Part shown: piece by piece, positions 30,820 to 39,753 of the stretch
Numbering within the stretch: the stretch's first letter is position 1
Layout of the letters: every line of letters begins with the position of its first letter
Source: an uncultured Beijerinckiaceae bacterium
Lineage (GTDB): Bacteria; Pseudomonadota; Alphaproteobacteria; Rhizobiales; Beijerinckiaceae
Assembly (NCBI GenBank): GCA_964245015.1
Contig: CAXTMA010000001.1
Coordinates: 383-64,382 of the forward strand
Length of the DNA: 64,000 nucleotides
Reading direction: 5' to 3'
Notes under the pieces: generated by a model
Database searches by the model: none
What the model was told of the DNA's origin: nothing
The model's input: the letters and a program-made list of their open reading frames with translations, nothing else
Made by a program: the position numbers and the translations under genes

Positions 30820-31359
30820 ATGAACGCACCTTTTCCCGTCGTCAGCCTGAACGGAAGCGGACCCGCCCCGGACGCCTTCAAGGCGGCGATGCGCCATCTC
30901 GTCGGCGGCGTGAGCGTGGTCACCGTGGCCGACGGCGACGACAAAGGCGGCCTGACGGCAACCTCGATGGTGTCGCTCTCGGCCGACCCGCCGAGCCTCC
31001 TCGTCAACGTCGCTCAGGGCGCGTCCAGCCTGCCCCTGATGCGGCGAAGCGGTCGCTTCGCCGTGAGCATCCTCGGTCATCGGCACCGGGCGATCGCCGA
31101 CCGTTTCGCCGGACGCGACGGCATGCGCGGCGCCGCTCGCTTCGAGGGCGCGCGCTGGATCGGGCGGTCCGGCTATCCCCTCGTTCTCGCCGACGCACTC
31201 GCTTCCTTCGAATGCGAGGTCGAGGAGATGTTGGACCGCTTCTCCCACACCATCATCATCGGCAGGGTGTTGGAGTCGCGCGCTCCGGCCGAGGATGGCA
31301 GTGGTGCCCTGGTGTACTGGCGCGCCAGCTACGACGGGATCGGCGTACTCGAACCCTGA
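30820..31359 (+). CDS. flavin reductase family protein (HpaC-like)
   Basis: Start at MNAPFPVVSLNG. FKAAMRHLVGGVSVVTVADGDDKGGLTATSMVSLSADPPSLLVNV is the flavin reductase-like domain signature. Confidence 0.8.
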   Translation: MNAPFPVVSLNGSGPAPDAFKAAMRHLVGGVSVVTVADGDDKGGLTATSMVSLSADPPSLLVNVAQGASSLPLMRRSGRFAVSILGHRHRAIADRFAGRDGMRGAARFEGARWIGRSGYPLVLADALASFECEVEEMLDRFSHTIIIGRVLESRAPAEDGSGALVYWRASYDGIGVLEP

Positions 31360-31377
31360 GAAGGCTTTGCGGCCTGC

Positions 31378-32205
31378 TCAGGCCGGGATCTGCGACTCGG
31401 GCGCGCGGGTGTCCGGCAGCCATCTCGCGATCGACGCCAAGTGCTCGGGATCAAGTCCGAAGCGGGCGAGAAAGGCCGGGTCGATCGGCGCACCTTCGCG
31501 GGCGACGCAGCCGTCGAACGTCCGGCGCCATTGCGCATAAGGGCCCTGCGCCGCCGAGTGGTTGGCCGACGTGTTGACGACGTAAGCACCGGAAAGATCG
31601 AGGCGCGCCGCCGAAAGCCCATGCGAGCGGCACATCTCGTCCCACCGGTAGTGCTCGTGGAGGAGGTCGTAGGGATTGCTGCGGATCGGGTCGGCTGCGG
31701 CGAGGTCGATGCGCAGGATCGTGCTCGACCCGCACAATCTGTCGAAGCCCCCCGCGAAGGCAGCGGGATGGGGAATGGGTAGGATGCGGCGGTTGCGGAC
31801 ATCGACGGCATAGCCGCTCTCGATCAGTCCACCAATTTGCGTGCACGCGATCGAGGCGCGCGCCGTCGCCACCAAGCGGGTGTCGACCCAATCGTCAGCA
31901 TCGAGGAACATCACCAAGCCGCCGCCGCGCGCGCGAGACAAGGTATTGAGCAAACCTTTCTTGCGCCCGCTGTCGAGATTGGCGGGGTGCACCGGCTCCA
32001 CCGGCCAATCCACCCGGACGAACTCGACGGCAAGGCCGTCCAGGTCGAGATCGGGCCGATCGTGCCCGGCGACCAGGATTTCGAAGCGCTTGTCGGTTTG
32101 TGCCGCCAGGGACGAGAGGGTCAAGCCGAGCAACGCCTCCACGAGGCCCCAATCCGCGGCGACTGACCGGGCGATCAACGGAATGGCGAAGGTGAAGGGC
32201 TGCAT
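31378..32205 (-). CDS. glycosyltransferase family 2-like protein
   Basis: Start at MQPFTFAIPLIARS (ATG 32205). FEILVAGHD and the DxD-type LVMFLDADDWV. The family call is moderate. Confidence 0.6.
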   Translation of the reverse strand: MQPFTFAIPLIARSVAADWGLVEALLGLTLSSLAAQTDKRFEILVAGHDRPDLDLDGLAVEFVRVDWPVEPVHPANLDSGRKKGLLNTLSRARGGGLVMFLDADDWVDTRLVATARASIACTQIGGLIESGYAVDVRNRRILPIPHPAAFAGGFDRLCGSSTILRIDLAAADPIRSNPYDLLHEHYRWDEMCRSHGLSAARLDLSGAYVVNTSANHSAAQGPYAQWRRTFDGCVAREGAPIDPAFLARFGLDPEHLASIARWLPDTRAPESQIPA

Positions 32206-32350
32206 CACATCAGCCGTTCGCAGCTTGCAAGCCGGCTGCGGATGATCGCCGCCAGATGCGGCTCGCCTCACGATAAGTCCGCCGGGTTGAACCGGCGGAC
32301 ATCCGAGATGTCGATGTGCGACGAGGCTAACGGACCGCTATGGTCGACGT

Positions 32351-32542
32351 TCAGCGCTTGACGGCATCCGCGACATCGCGGCCAGCGTCCTTGACGTCGC
32401 CGGCGGCCTCGCGAGCCGTCCCTTTCGCCTTGTCGGCCTTGCCTTCGGCTTGCAGTTTCTCGTTGCCGACCGCACCGCCGACGGTGTCCTTGACGCTCCC
32501 GACAGCCTTATCGAGCGCGCCCTTGACGTGTTCCTTATCCAT
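32351..32542 (-). CDS. CsbD family stress-response protein
   Basis: 63 aa: MDKEHVKGALDKAVGSVKDTVGGAVGNEKLQAEGKADKAKGTAREAAGDVKD. A GGAGAA-type SD precedes ATG 32542. Confidence 0.85.
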   Translation of the reverse strand: MDKEHVKGALDKAVGSVKDTVGGAVGNEKLQAEGKADKAKGTAREAAGDVKDAGRDVADAVKR

Positions 32543-32793
32543 CTCGTTCTCCCATTGCGTCAATTGCGAATATCAACGGGCGTCGCATCCGGCGGTTCCT
32601 CCGGTCCGGCGCCCGATGGGAGTAGCCCGCGAGCGGGGAACCGCCGCGCGTCGCGAAGACACACTCATCCAGCTTCGTGGGCGGCAGGGCGGCGCCGCGT
32701 TGACGGGACGGGAGCGACCTGTCTATCTCCGGGCCGATCGTTCCTCCGCGCGGCGTCGCCGATCCAGCAAACCGAAGAGGTTCCGACACCGGC

Positions 32794-33630
32794 ATGGACC
32801 TGTCCGTCCCGCGCTTCTTCGAGCCCCGAGGTTACTTCGAGCCGCTGGAACGCGCTTGGCACTTCCGCGAGCTCATCCGCGCGGTGGTGCGGCGCGAGCT
32901 TGCCGCCCGGTTCCGCGGCTCGATCCTTGGCTGGCTATGGGCGGTCTTCGGTCCGCTGGTGATGCTGTCGGCCTATACGGTCATCTTCTCCTCGGCAGTC
33001 GGGGTGCCGCGCTCGGCGCAGGCCGGCGGCGTGAAAACCTACGCGCTGTCGATCTTCACCGGCCTGATCGTGTTCAACCTCTTTTCCGAGCTCGCCTACC
33101 GCTCGCCCGGCCTGCTCCACGAGCATGTCACCTTCATCAAGAAGTCGATCTTCCCCAGCGAAACGCTGGCCTGGACCGCCTCGATCCGCGCACTGACCTA
33201 CGCGGCCATCTCCTTCGTCATCCTCATCACCTTCACCTTAGGCATCACTCACGGCCTGCCGTCGAGCGCGCTGCTGCTGCCCTTCGTGGTGATCCCGTTC
33301 GTCCTGTTCCTGCTCGGCGCCTGCTGGTTCCTGATGGCTCTGGGATCCTTCACCCGCGACGTCGCCCACCTCATGATCTCGATCGTGCCGGTGCTGATGT
33401 TCGCGACGCCGATCTTCTACTCCATCGAGGACGTGCCGGCGCGCCTGCGCCCGATCATCCACCTCAACATCATCGGCGACTACGTGGAGATGATCCGCGA
33501 CCTGCTGATCGCCGGGCGGCTGCCGAGCCCGCTGCTGTACGGCGGCACGCTGCTCGTGTCGCTTTTCGTGTTTCGCTTCGGCTACCGCTTCTTCATGAGC
33601 TACAAGTCGATCTTCGTCGATGTCATCTGA
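32794..33630 (+). CDS. ABC-2 type polysaccharide/O-antigen exporter permease (Wzm/KpsM/TagG-like)
   Basis: 278 aa. N-terminal RELIRAVVRRELAARFRGSILGWLWAVFGPL signature and six TM helices. Overlaps the ATPase gene by 11 nt. Confidence 0.85.
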   Translation: MDLSVPRFFEPRGYFEPLERAWHFRELIRAVVRRELAARFRGSILGWLWAVFGPLVMLSAYTVIFSSAVGVPRSAQAGGVKTYALSIFTGLIVFNLFSELAYRSPGLLHEHVTFIKKSIFPSETLAWTASIRALTYAAISFVILITFTLGITHGLPSSALLLPFVVIPFVLFLLGACWFLMALGSFTRDVAHLMISIVPVLMFATPIFYSIEDVPARLRPIIHLNIIGDYVEMIRDLLIAGRLPSPLLYGGTLLVSLFVFRFGYRFFMSYKSIFVDVI

Positions 33631-34435
33631 ACCGCTCCGTGCCGAACGACTCCTCGACCGCGTGCCGCTGGCGGTGGCGCCGCCAAAGGTCGTGGCGCCA
33701 GTTCCGCGCCCGACGATCATCCGCTGCGAGGGGGTCGGCAAGGCGTTCCAGCTCTACATGCACCGCAACGACCAGCTCAAGCAGACCCTGTTCGGGCGCT
33801 GGCGCCAGTTCTACAAGGAGCACTGGGTCCTGCGCGACGTCACCTTCCAGGTCGAGAAGGGCGAGTGCGTCGGCATCATCGGGCGCAACGGCGCCGGCAA
33901 GACCACGCTCCTGCAGATCCTGTGCGGGATCACGGCGCAGACCCACGGCGAAACGACCATCAAGGGGCGGCTGGCGCCCATCCTGGCGCTCGGCGCCGGG
34001 TTCGACCACGAGCTGACCGGCCGCGAGAACGCGCTGATCGGCGGCGCCATCCTGGGTCTCAAGAAGGCCGAGGTGGTGCGCCGCATGGCCTCGATCGCCG
34101 CCTTCGCCGACATCGGCGACTTCTTCCACCAGCCGCTCAGGATGTATTCCTCGGGCATGCTCTCGCGCCTCGCCTTCGCCATCTGCGCCCATGCCGACGC
34201 CGATATCCTGATCGTGGACGAGGCTCTGTCGGTCGGCGATGCCGAGTTCGGAGCCAAATGCGACGCCTTTATCAAGCAGTTCGCGACTCACGGCACCATC
34301 CTGGTGGTTTCGCACGACCTTCCGACGGTGGAGGAGCTGTGCGACCGGGTGGTGTGGATCGACGAGGGATCGGTGCGCGCCATCGGCCGGCCGCGCGACA
34401 TCATCCCTGAATACCTCATTGCCCTGAAGCAGTAG
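33620..34435 (+). CDS. ABC transporter ATP-binding protein (Wzt/TagH/KpsT-like)
   Basis: Walker A GRNGAGKTTLL, signature YSSGMLSRLAF, Walker B ILIVDEALSVGD, H-loop VVSHD. Confidence 0.9.
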   Translation: MSSEPLRAERLLDRVPLAVAPPKVVAPVPRPTIIRCEGVGKAFQLYMHRNDQLKQTLFGRWRQFYKEHWVLRDVTFQVEKGECVGIIGRNGAGKTTLLQILCGITAQTHGETTIKGRLAPILALGAGFDHELTGRENALIGGAILGLKKAEVVRRMASIAAFADIGDFFHQPLRMYSSGMLSRLAFAICAHADADILIVDEALSVGDAEFGAKCDAFIKQFATHGTILVVSHDLPTVEELCDRVVWIDEGSVRAIGRPRDIIPEYLIALKQ

Positions 34436-34613
34436 CGCGCGACGGCGGACGTGCCGCCCCAAGCGTGAACCGGGGCAAGCGGGATCCGTCGCTTGCAGGG
34501 CGCCGCGCGTCCTCGTTCAGGTGAACGGCCGACACCCCGCGCGAGCCCTGGACGGCATGGTGCGCGAGCCGCCGCAGCAGCGCGATCTTCGCTCCAGATG
34601 GCCTTGGCCGGGA

Positions 34614-35168
34614 TCAGGCGGCGAGCAGGTCCGCCAAACTCATCTCGCTGCCCCGCACCTTGCTTTCGACCGACATCAGCCGGGAGATCGTCTGCACCAG
34701 CCGGTCGGTTTGAGCGCGCACAACGGCGAGCTGACGCACCATTTCTTCGATGGTCTGCGCGGACGCTTCCAGCCGCTGCTCCGCCCGGTCGGCCCGCTCA
34801 CGGTCGGCCTTGATCGCCCGCTCCGCCTCGACGAGCTTCTGGGCATAGCTCCTGGCGTGCTCCTTCTCATTGTCGAAGGCCTTCCGCATCTCGATCGCGA
34901 GGCCCTTGAAGTATTCGCAATTCTCCTGCAGCGCGGCGAAGTTCTCCACGGCGCGCTCGACCGTGCGGATCGATCGGGTGACGGGATCCTCGGCGATCGC
35001 CTGCGGGGCTTTGATGCGGGTCGGGCCGAGCTCCCGGTCGCGTCCCTGCCGACCTCTCTGCCACGGCATCCGGCCAGCGCCGTGGATTTGCCCGGACGGC
35101 TCGCTCTCGTGCCGGTGCTGCGAAGAAACTTGGCGCGAAGACGCCGTCCTGTCGTTGGAACCGGCCAT
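34614..35168 (-). CDS. hypothetical coiled-coil protein
   Basis: 184-aa ORF. Heptad-like, charged C-terminal two-thirds: EKEHARSYAQKLVEAERAIKADRERADRAEQRLEASAQTIEEMVRQLAVVRAQTDRLVQTISRL. No family recognised and the start is uncertain. Confidence 0.45.
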   Translation of the reverse strand: MAGSNDRTASSRQVSSQHRHESEPSGQIHGAGRMPWQRGRQGRDRELGPTRIKAPQAIAEDPVTRSIRTVERAVENFAALQENCEYFKGLAIEMRKAFDNEKEHARSYAQKLVEAERAIKADRERADRAEQRLEASAQTIEEMVRQLAVVRAQTDRLVQTISRLMSVESKVRGSEMSLADLLAA

Positions 35169-35300
35169 TGTGGCAATCCGTAAGCTGTGCGCGCCAACGA
35201 GCGTCGGGCAAGTGCAATTTGGAGTGACAGGGTTAACGTGCCGTTAAGACCGCCGTCCCGGCGCTGCGCCTGCGCGCCGGCATCGACGCTTTCCGCACCC

Positions 35301-36017
35301 TCAACACGATGTCCCGGCGGGCTTGACGACCGGTCCCGATCCGGCCTTCAAGCCGAAGGCGCGGGCGAGAAACAGGCCGGCATGGGACAGGGCGGCCTCG
35401 TCGATGCTGTGGGCGATGCCGACCGACAGGTGCCATTGGCAGGGCACGCCGGCCCCGGCCAGTTCCTCGGCGGAGTTGAACAGAGCGTCCGCGGGGATCA
35501 CCTCATCCTCGCTCCCGTGGGTCAGCAGCACATGCGGCGGGATCAAGCCGCCGTTCGTCCTGCCGCCCGCAAGATCGCCGCGCAGGTGCTCGGGCCCGAC
35601 GAGCAGGCCGGAAAAGCCGACGATCGCCACCGGCGCCCTGCGCCGCCGCAGCCCGACGTGCAGCGCCATCATGGTACCCTGGCTGAAGCCGACGAGCGCG
35701 AGCTGGCTGTCGCCGAGCTGGTGACGCGCCAGCTCCGCGTCGAGAAAGGCGTCAAGCGCCGGTTGCGCTTCGTTGACGCCGGTCCAGCGCTCGCGCGGGT
35801 CGCGCGAGGTGAGGGGAAACCACTGTCGGCCGCCGGGCGCACCGGGGCAGGGGTCGGGCGCGTTGGGCGCGGCGATGGCGGCGTCGGGCAGCAGCTTCGC
35901 CCACTGCTGGCCCAGCGCGACGAGGTCGCGGCCGTTGGCGCCGTAGCCGTGCAGCAGCACCACGAGCTGGCGCGGGCGGCTGCTGCCGGCGCGCGGCCCA
36001 TCGAGCGGGGCGGCCAT
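35301..36017 (-). CDS. phospholipase/carboxylesterase family alpha/beta hydrolase
   Basis: 238 aa. LVVLLHGYGANGRDL, nucleophile GFSQGTMMAL, HGSEDEVIP, and a His near the C-terminus. Confidence 0.8.
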   Translation of the reverse strand: MAAPLDGPRAGSSRPRQLVVLLHGYGANGRDLVALGQQWAKLLPDAAIAAPNAPDPCPGAPGGRQWFPLTSRDPRERWTGVNEAQPALDAFLDAELARHQLGDSQLALVGFSQGTMMALHVGLRRRRAPVAIVGFSGLLVGPEHLRGDLAGGRTNGGLIPPHVLLTHGSEDEVIPADALFNSAEELAGAGVPCQWHLSVGIAHSIDEAALSHAGLFLARAFGLKAGSGPVVKPAGTSC

Positions 36018-36018
36018 G

Positions 36019-36777
36019 CTAAGCCATCCCTCGCCTGGTGCGGCTGCCGGCGCGGGTCGCCGGCGATGTTGCCTGCACGGCTGTTCCTTTCAAAGCTGCC
36101 TCGTTCAATGCTGCGCTCTCCAACGTCGCCGGGCGCGCACGCGCCACCGCGTAATAGGCCCAAAGGCAATGGGCGACGACCCCGCGCAGCGGGCGCCAGC
36201 GCTCGGCCAGAGTTTCAAGCGCCCTGGCATCCGGCCGGGCCGGCAGGCCGAGCACGAGCCGAGCCGCTTCCTGCAGGGCGAGGTCTCCGGCTGGCCAGGC
36301 GTCGCCGTGACCGAGGCAGAACAGGAGAAAGATGTCGGCCGTCCAAGGGCCGATGCCCTTGATCGCGCACAGCGCCGCATGGGCCACCTCGGCCCGCGCG
36401 GCGGCCAGCGCGGCGAAGTCGAGCCGGCCGTCGCCGACAGCCTCCGCGATCGCGCGCAGGGTCCGCGTCTTGCCGGCCGACAGGCCGCAAACCCGCAGCT
36501 CCCCATCGGAAGCAGCCGCGATCGCCGCCGCGTCGAGGCAGGGGAAGCGGGCCTGCACCCTCGCGAAGATCGCCTCGGCGCTTGCCGTCGAGACCTGCTG
36601 CGCCACCACGATGGCGGCGAGACCCTCGAAACCCGGGGCTCGGCGGCGCAGCCGGGGCTCGGCGCCGGCCGCGCGCAGCCTCGCCACGAACGCCTCGTCC
36701 AGGCTCGCCAGGGCTACGAGCGCGGCGGCGAAGGCCGGCTCGTCAGCCAGAACGGGCGCGCGCAGATGGCCTGCCAC
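36019..36777 (-). CDS. HhH-GPD DNA glycosylase (DNA-3-methyladenine glycosylase II-like)
   Basis: HhH-GPD core: QQVSTASAEAIFARV, SAGKTRTLRAIAEAV, LCAIKGIGPWTADIFLLFCLGHGDAWPAGDLALQEA. Start set at GTG 36777. The longer track ORF (to 37023) runs through a 13-bp tandem repeat and is unlikely to be real. Confidence 0.7.
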   Translation of the reverse strand: MAGHLRAPVLADEPAFAAALVALASLDEAFVARLRAAGAEPRLRRRAPGFEGLAAIVVAQQVSTASAEAIFARVQARFPCLDAAAIAAASDGELRVCGLSAGKTRTLRAIAEAVGDGRLDFAALAAARAEVAHAALCAIKGIGPWTADIFLLFCLGHGDAWPAGDLALQEAARLVLGLPARPDARALETLAERWRPLRGVVAHCLWAYYAVARARPATLESAALNEAALKGTAVQATSPATRAGSRTRRGMA

Positions 36778-36920
36778 CGCGGGCGGAGACGCCGGGGTGC
36801 CGGACAGCGATGCTTTTTTTCTTGGCGGCACGCCGAAACCCGTCAAACTCGATGACCATGTCCGGGCCTGCGATGCGGCTCCGATCGGCCCGACACAGAT
36901 AAGGCTGCGCCCGCCATGCC

Positions 36921-36975
36921 GGCAAGCTGGGCCGGCAAGCTGGGCCGGCAAGCTGGGCCGGCAAGCCGGGCCGGC
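36921..36975. repeat. 13-bp tandem repeat GGCAAGCTGGGCC x4 (4th copy T>C) plus a partial unit
   Basis: Units at 36921, 36934, 36947 and 36960. Lies in the divergent intergenic region between the glycosylase gene and gluQ. Unit length is not a multiple of 3. Confidence 0.9.
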
Positions 36976-37066
36976 GAATGCGACGAGATCGCGCCGGCCC
37001 ATTGGCGAGTCCAACCTTGGCATTAACTATGACTGAGAAACGACTCGGCCAGGGATCGCAAGCTCA

Positions 37067-37984
37067 ATGACCTCGACCTTCGCCCGAACCGTCGCCCGCT
37101 TCGCGCCTTCACCCAACGGCTATCTGCACCTCGGGCACGCCTACTCCGCCCTGATGAACGGCCTGCTCGTCAAGGACACCGGCGGGCGCCTGCTTCTGCG
37201 CATGGAGAACATCGATACGACCCGCTGCCGGCCGGAGTTCGAGCGGGCGATCCTGGACGATCTCGGCTGGCTCGGCCTGAGCTGGGAGCGACCGGTGCGG
37301 CGCCAGTCCGATCACTTCCACGATTACGCCGAAGCGTTGCGCCGCTTGGAACGGCGCGGCCTCATCTATCCCTGCTTCTGCACGCGGGGCGACATCATGG
37401 CCGCCGTCGCCGGGCGGCCGAACTGGCCGAGCGATCCCGACGGCACGCCGCTCTATCCCGGCAGCTGCAAGCATTGCTCGGCCGAGCGCCGGGCCCAACG
37501 CTTCGCCGCCGGCGAGCGGGCGAGCTATCGTCTCGACATGGACCGAGCCCTACAGGTTCTCTGCGACACACCCGGCGGGGGCGGGCTGACCTGGGGTGAG
37601 TATCGCGGCGGCACCCATCGCTTCGAGGAGCAGGCGACGCCGGCGATCTGGGGCGATGCGGTGCTGTCGCGCCGCGACATCGCGACGAGCTACCATGTCG
37701 CCGTGGTCGTCGACGACGCGTCGCAGGGTGTGACCGACGTGGTGCGCGGCGAGGACCTGTTCATGGCGACCCACCTTCACCGCCTGCTGCAGGTGCTGCT
37801 GGAACTGCCGGCGCCCAACTACCACCATCACGCCGTGCTACGCGACGGGTCGGGACAGAAGCTGTCAAAGAGCCTGCGCGCCAAGGCGTTGCGCGCTTTC
37901 CGCCAGGAGGGCCACTCGCGCGAGGCGGTAATGGCCCGCATCGGCCTGCCCCGCCTCGGTGCGGGCGTGCTGGCGAAAAGCTGA
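37067..37984 (+). CDS. gluQ: tRNA glutamyl-Q(34) synthetase (GluQRS)
   Basis: 305 aa. RFAPSPNGYLHLGHAYSALMN (HIGH region), Zn-type Cys cluster YPCFCTRGD...YPGSCKHC, KLSKS loop. No anticodon-binding domain, matching the truncated GluRS paralog. Confidence 0.9.
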   Translation: MTSTFARTVARFAPSPNGYLHLGHAYSALMNGLLVKDTGGRLLLRMENIDTTRCRPEFERAILDDLGWLGLSWERPVRRQSDHFHDYAEALRRLERRGLIYPCFCTRGDIMAAVAGRPNWPSDPDGTPLYPGSCKHCSAERRAQRFAAGERASYRLDMDRALQVLCDTPGGGGLTWGEYRGGTHRFEEQATPAIWGDAVLSRRDIATSYHVAVVVDDASQGVTDVVRGEDLFMATHLHRLLQVLLELPAPNYHHHAVLRDGSGQKLSKSLRAKALRAFRQEGHSREAVMARIGLPRLGAGVLAKS

Positions 37985-38091
37985 CGCTTCTGCGTGCCGC
38001 GCTCGCCCAAGTCGCCTCGATGCCGGGCCTGCCGCTATCCGAAGCGCGGTTCAGCCGTGAACAGCAAGTCCTGCCACCGCTGCGACGATAA

Positions 38092-38180
38092 AAGCATCGG
38101 ACCGAAAGTGCGCAGCGGTTTTCGGGCAAATCCGATGCGGCACAACAAGTCAGGGCATCGGACCGGATCCGACGCTTTAG
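38092..38180 (-). repeat. composite palindromic intergenic repeat, copy b (inverted orientation)
   Basis: AAGCATCGGACCGAAAGTGCGCAGCGGTTTTCGGGCAAATCCGATGCGGCACAACAAGTCAGGGCATCGGACCGGATCCGACGCTTTAG. Lies between convergent gluQ and the 86-aa ORF, whose stop overlaps the repeat end. Confidence 0.85.
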
Positions 38181-38437
38181 GCCTCCGCTCGCAAGCTCTT
38201 CAGCATGCGCCGGGCAATGTTGCGGCACGCCTCGTCGTTCCTCGCTTCGCCGTGGTCGGGATCCCAAAGGTGGTCGAGACTGCCTTCGAGCTGGTCGAGC
38301 AGTTCGGGATGACGATGTGCGAGGAAGCGGATCGTTCCGAAGACGAGATGCTCCATCGCCATTTCCCGCCGCCTCGCATCGATGAGCTTGGGGTTGAGGT
38401 GATCGTCGGGCGACGTCTGGTTCTGGCTGTCTGACAT
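38177..38437 (-). CDS. hypothetical 86-aa protein downstream of cyoD
   Basis: MSDSQNQTSPDDHLNPKLIDARRREMAMEHLVFGTIRFLAHRHPELLDQLEGSLDHLWDPDHGE... G/C-rich third positions. GAGGG about 10 nt upstream of the ATG. No family recognised. Confidence 0.55.
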   Translation of the reverse strand: MSDSQNQTSPDDHLNPKLIDARRREMAMEHLVFGTIRFLAHRHPELLDQLEGSLDHLWDPDHGEARNDEACRNIARRMLKSLRAEA

Positions 38438-38586
38438 GGTGGCTCAACCCTCGAGGCATCCTGTGGTTCAGACGACCGGATCGCGCAGCCAGCCTGAGCC
38501 CGTCGGGCTCGAAACGCTCGGGATGATCGCCATCGAGGGCCCGTTGAGGCGGCTGCCGGAGCAGAGCCTCGCCATCGGCGAGGCGG

Positions 38587-39000
38587 TCAGTGCTGCATTT
38601 GCATCGGCATCGGCATGCCGGCCGGGTTCACCGTCATGTTGCGGTTGAGGTGCGCCATGATCCATAGCGAGCCGCCGAGGAGCAGAACGACGATCAGCAC
38701 GCCGAAGGCCAGCGCCATCACGTTGTTGATGTTGTCGGGGCCGGTGGTGATGTGGAGGAAGAAGACGAGGTGCACGCCCATCTGCGCGATGGCGAAGGTG
38801 ATGAGGGCCACGGGGACGGCCGGTCCCCAGACGTAGTGGTACCTCAGCACGGAAAACGAGGCGAGCGTGAGGACCGTCGCCAGGGCGAGGCCGATCAGGT
38901 AGCCACGGATACCAGCGCCGACGTCGTCCTCGCCGCCGAATTCGTCGCCGGGTGCGGTATCCGAGTGATGGCTCTCGTTGTGGCTGGTTGCGTCGGTCAT
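38587..39000 (-). CDS. cyoD: cytochrome o ubiquinol oxidase subunit IV
   Basis: 137 aa with three TM helices (IRGYLIGLALATVLTLASF, VPVALITFAIAQMGVHLVFFLH, MALAFGVLIVVLLLGGSLWIM). Position after cyoC. Confidence 0.85.
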   Translation of the reverse strand: MTDATSHNESHHSDTAPGDEFGGEDDVGAGIRGYLIGLALATVLTLASFSVLRYHYVWGPAVPVALITFAIAQMGVHLVFFLHITTGPDNINNVMALAFGVLIVVLLLGGSLWIMAHLNRNMTVNPAGMPMPMQMQH

Positions 39001-39024
39001 GTCAGCGTTTCCTTGCGGAACTCC

Positions 39025-39753
39025 TCAGGCGAGCACGCCCATCAGGTAGACGATGGTGAAGACCGCCACCCAGATGATGTCGAGGGCGTGCCAGAACAGG
39101 GCGAAGCACATGGTGCGACGCACGATGTCGGCCCGGAACCCCTTGGCGAAGACCTGGGCCATCATGGTCAGCAGCCACATCAGGCCGGCGGTGACGTGCA
39201 GGCCGTGGCAGCCGACAAGGGTGAAGAAGGCGGTGAGGAAGGCCGAGCGGGTCGGACCGGCGCCTCGCGCGACCAGCTCGGCGAACTCCTTCATCTCCAA
39301 CCCGAGGAAAAGAGCGCCGAAGGCGAAGGTGATCGCCATCGCGCCGTAGAAGGGTAGGGACTTGCGCGACACCAGCGCCAGGCTGGCGAGGCCGCAGGTG
39401 AAGCTCGACGCCAGCAGGCAAGCCGTTTCGATCGCGGTGTTGCTCAGATCGAACAGCTGGCGGCCGGTCGGACCGTCCGCCGTGCCGGTCTGCAGCACGG
39501 CATACGCTGCGAAGAAGGCCGAGAACATGACGATGTCGGACAGGATGAACAGCCAGAAGCCGTAGCCGACGACGATGCGCTTGGACGACGGGCCGCCGGT
39601 CCCCCGGCCGGCTGCCTTCGACCCGCCCTCGCCGCCCGGCGCGTGACCGAGATGGTTGGGATCCCTGGGTTGTCGCCGGGATGGCTCGGCACCCAAACCG
39701 GCACCCAAACCGGCACCCATGCCGGCACCCGGCTGGAATGCGGCGTCGCTCAC
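39025..39753 (-). CDS. cyoC: cytochrome o ubiquinol oxidase subunit III
   Basis: 242 aa, GTG start overlapping the cyoB stop (GTGA). FWLFILSDIVMFSAFFAAY, GCHGLHVTAGLMWL, FWHALDIIWVAVF. Confidence 0.9.
   Translation of the reverse strand: MSDAAFQPGAGMGAGLGAGLGAEPSRRQPRDPNHLGHAPGGEGGSKAAGRGTGGPSSKRIVVGYGFWLFILSDIVMFSAFFAAYAVLQTGTADGPTGRQLFDLSNTAIETACLLASSFTCGLASLALVSRKSLPFYGAMAITFAFGALFLGLEMKEFAELVARGAGPTRSAFLTAFFTLVGCHGLHVTAGLMWLLTMMAQVFAKGFRADIVRRTMCFALFWHALDIIWVAVFTIVYLMGVLA

Noticed and set aside
31378-34435. The GT2-like gene, csbD and the ABC-2 exporter as a novel surface-polysaccharide system.
   Set aside because: The components are ordinary Wzm/Wzt-type export genes plus one glycosyltransferase, on different strands, with a generic stress gene between them. 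No polymerase, flippase, chain-length or sugar-nucleotide genes are present in the window.
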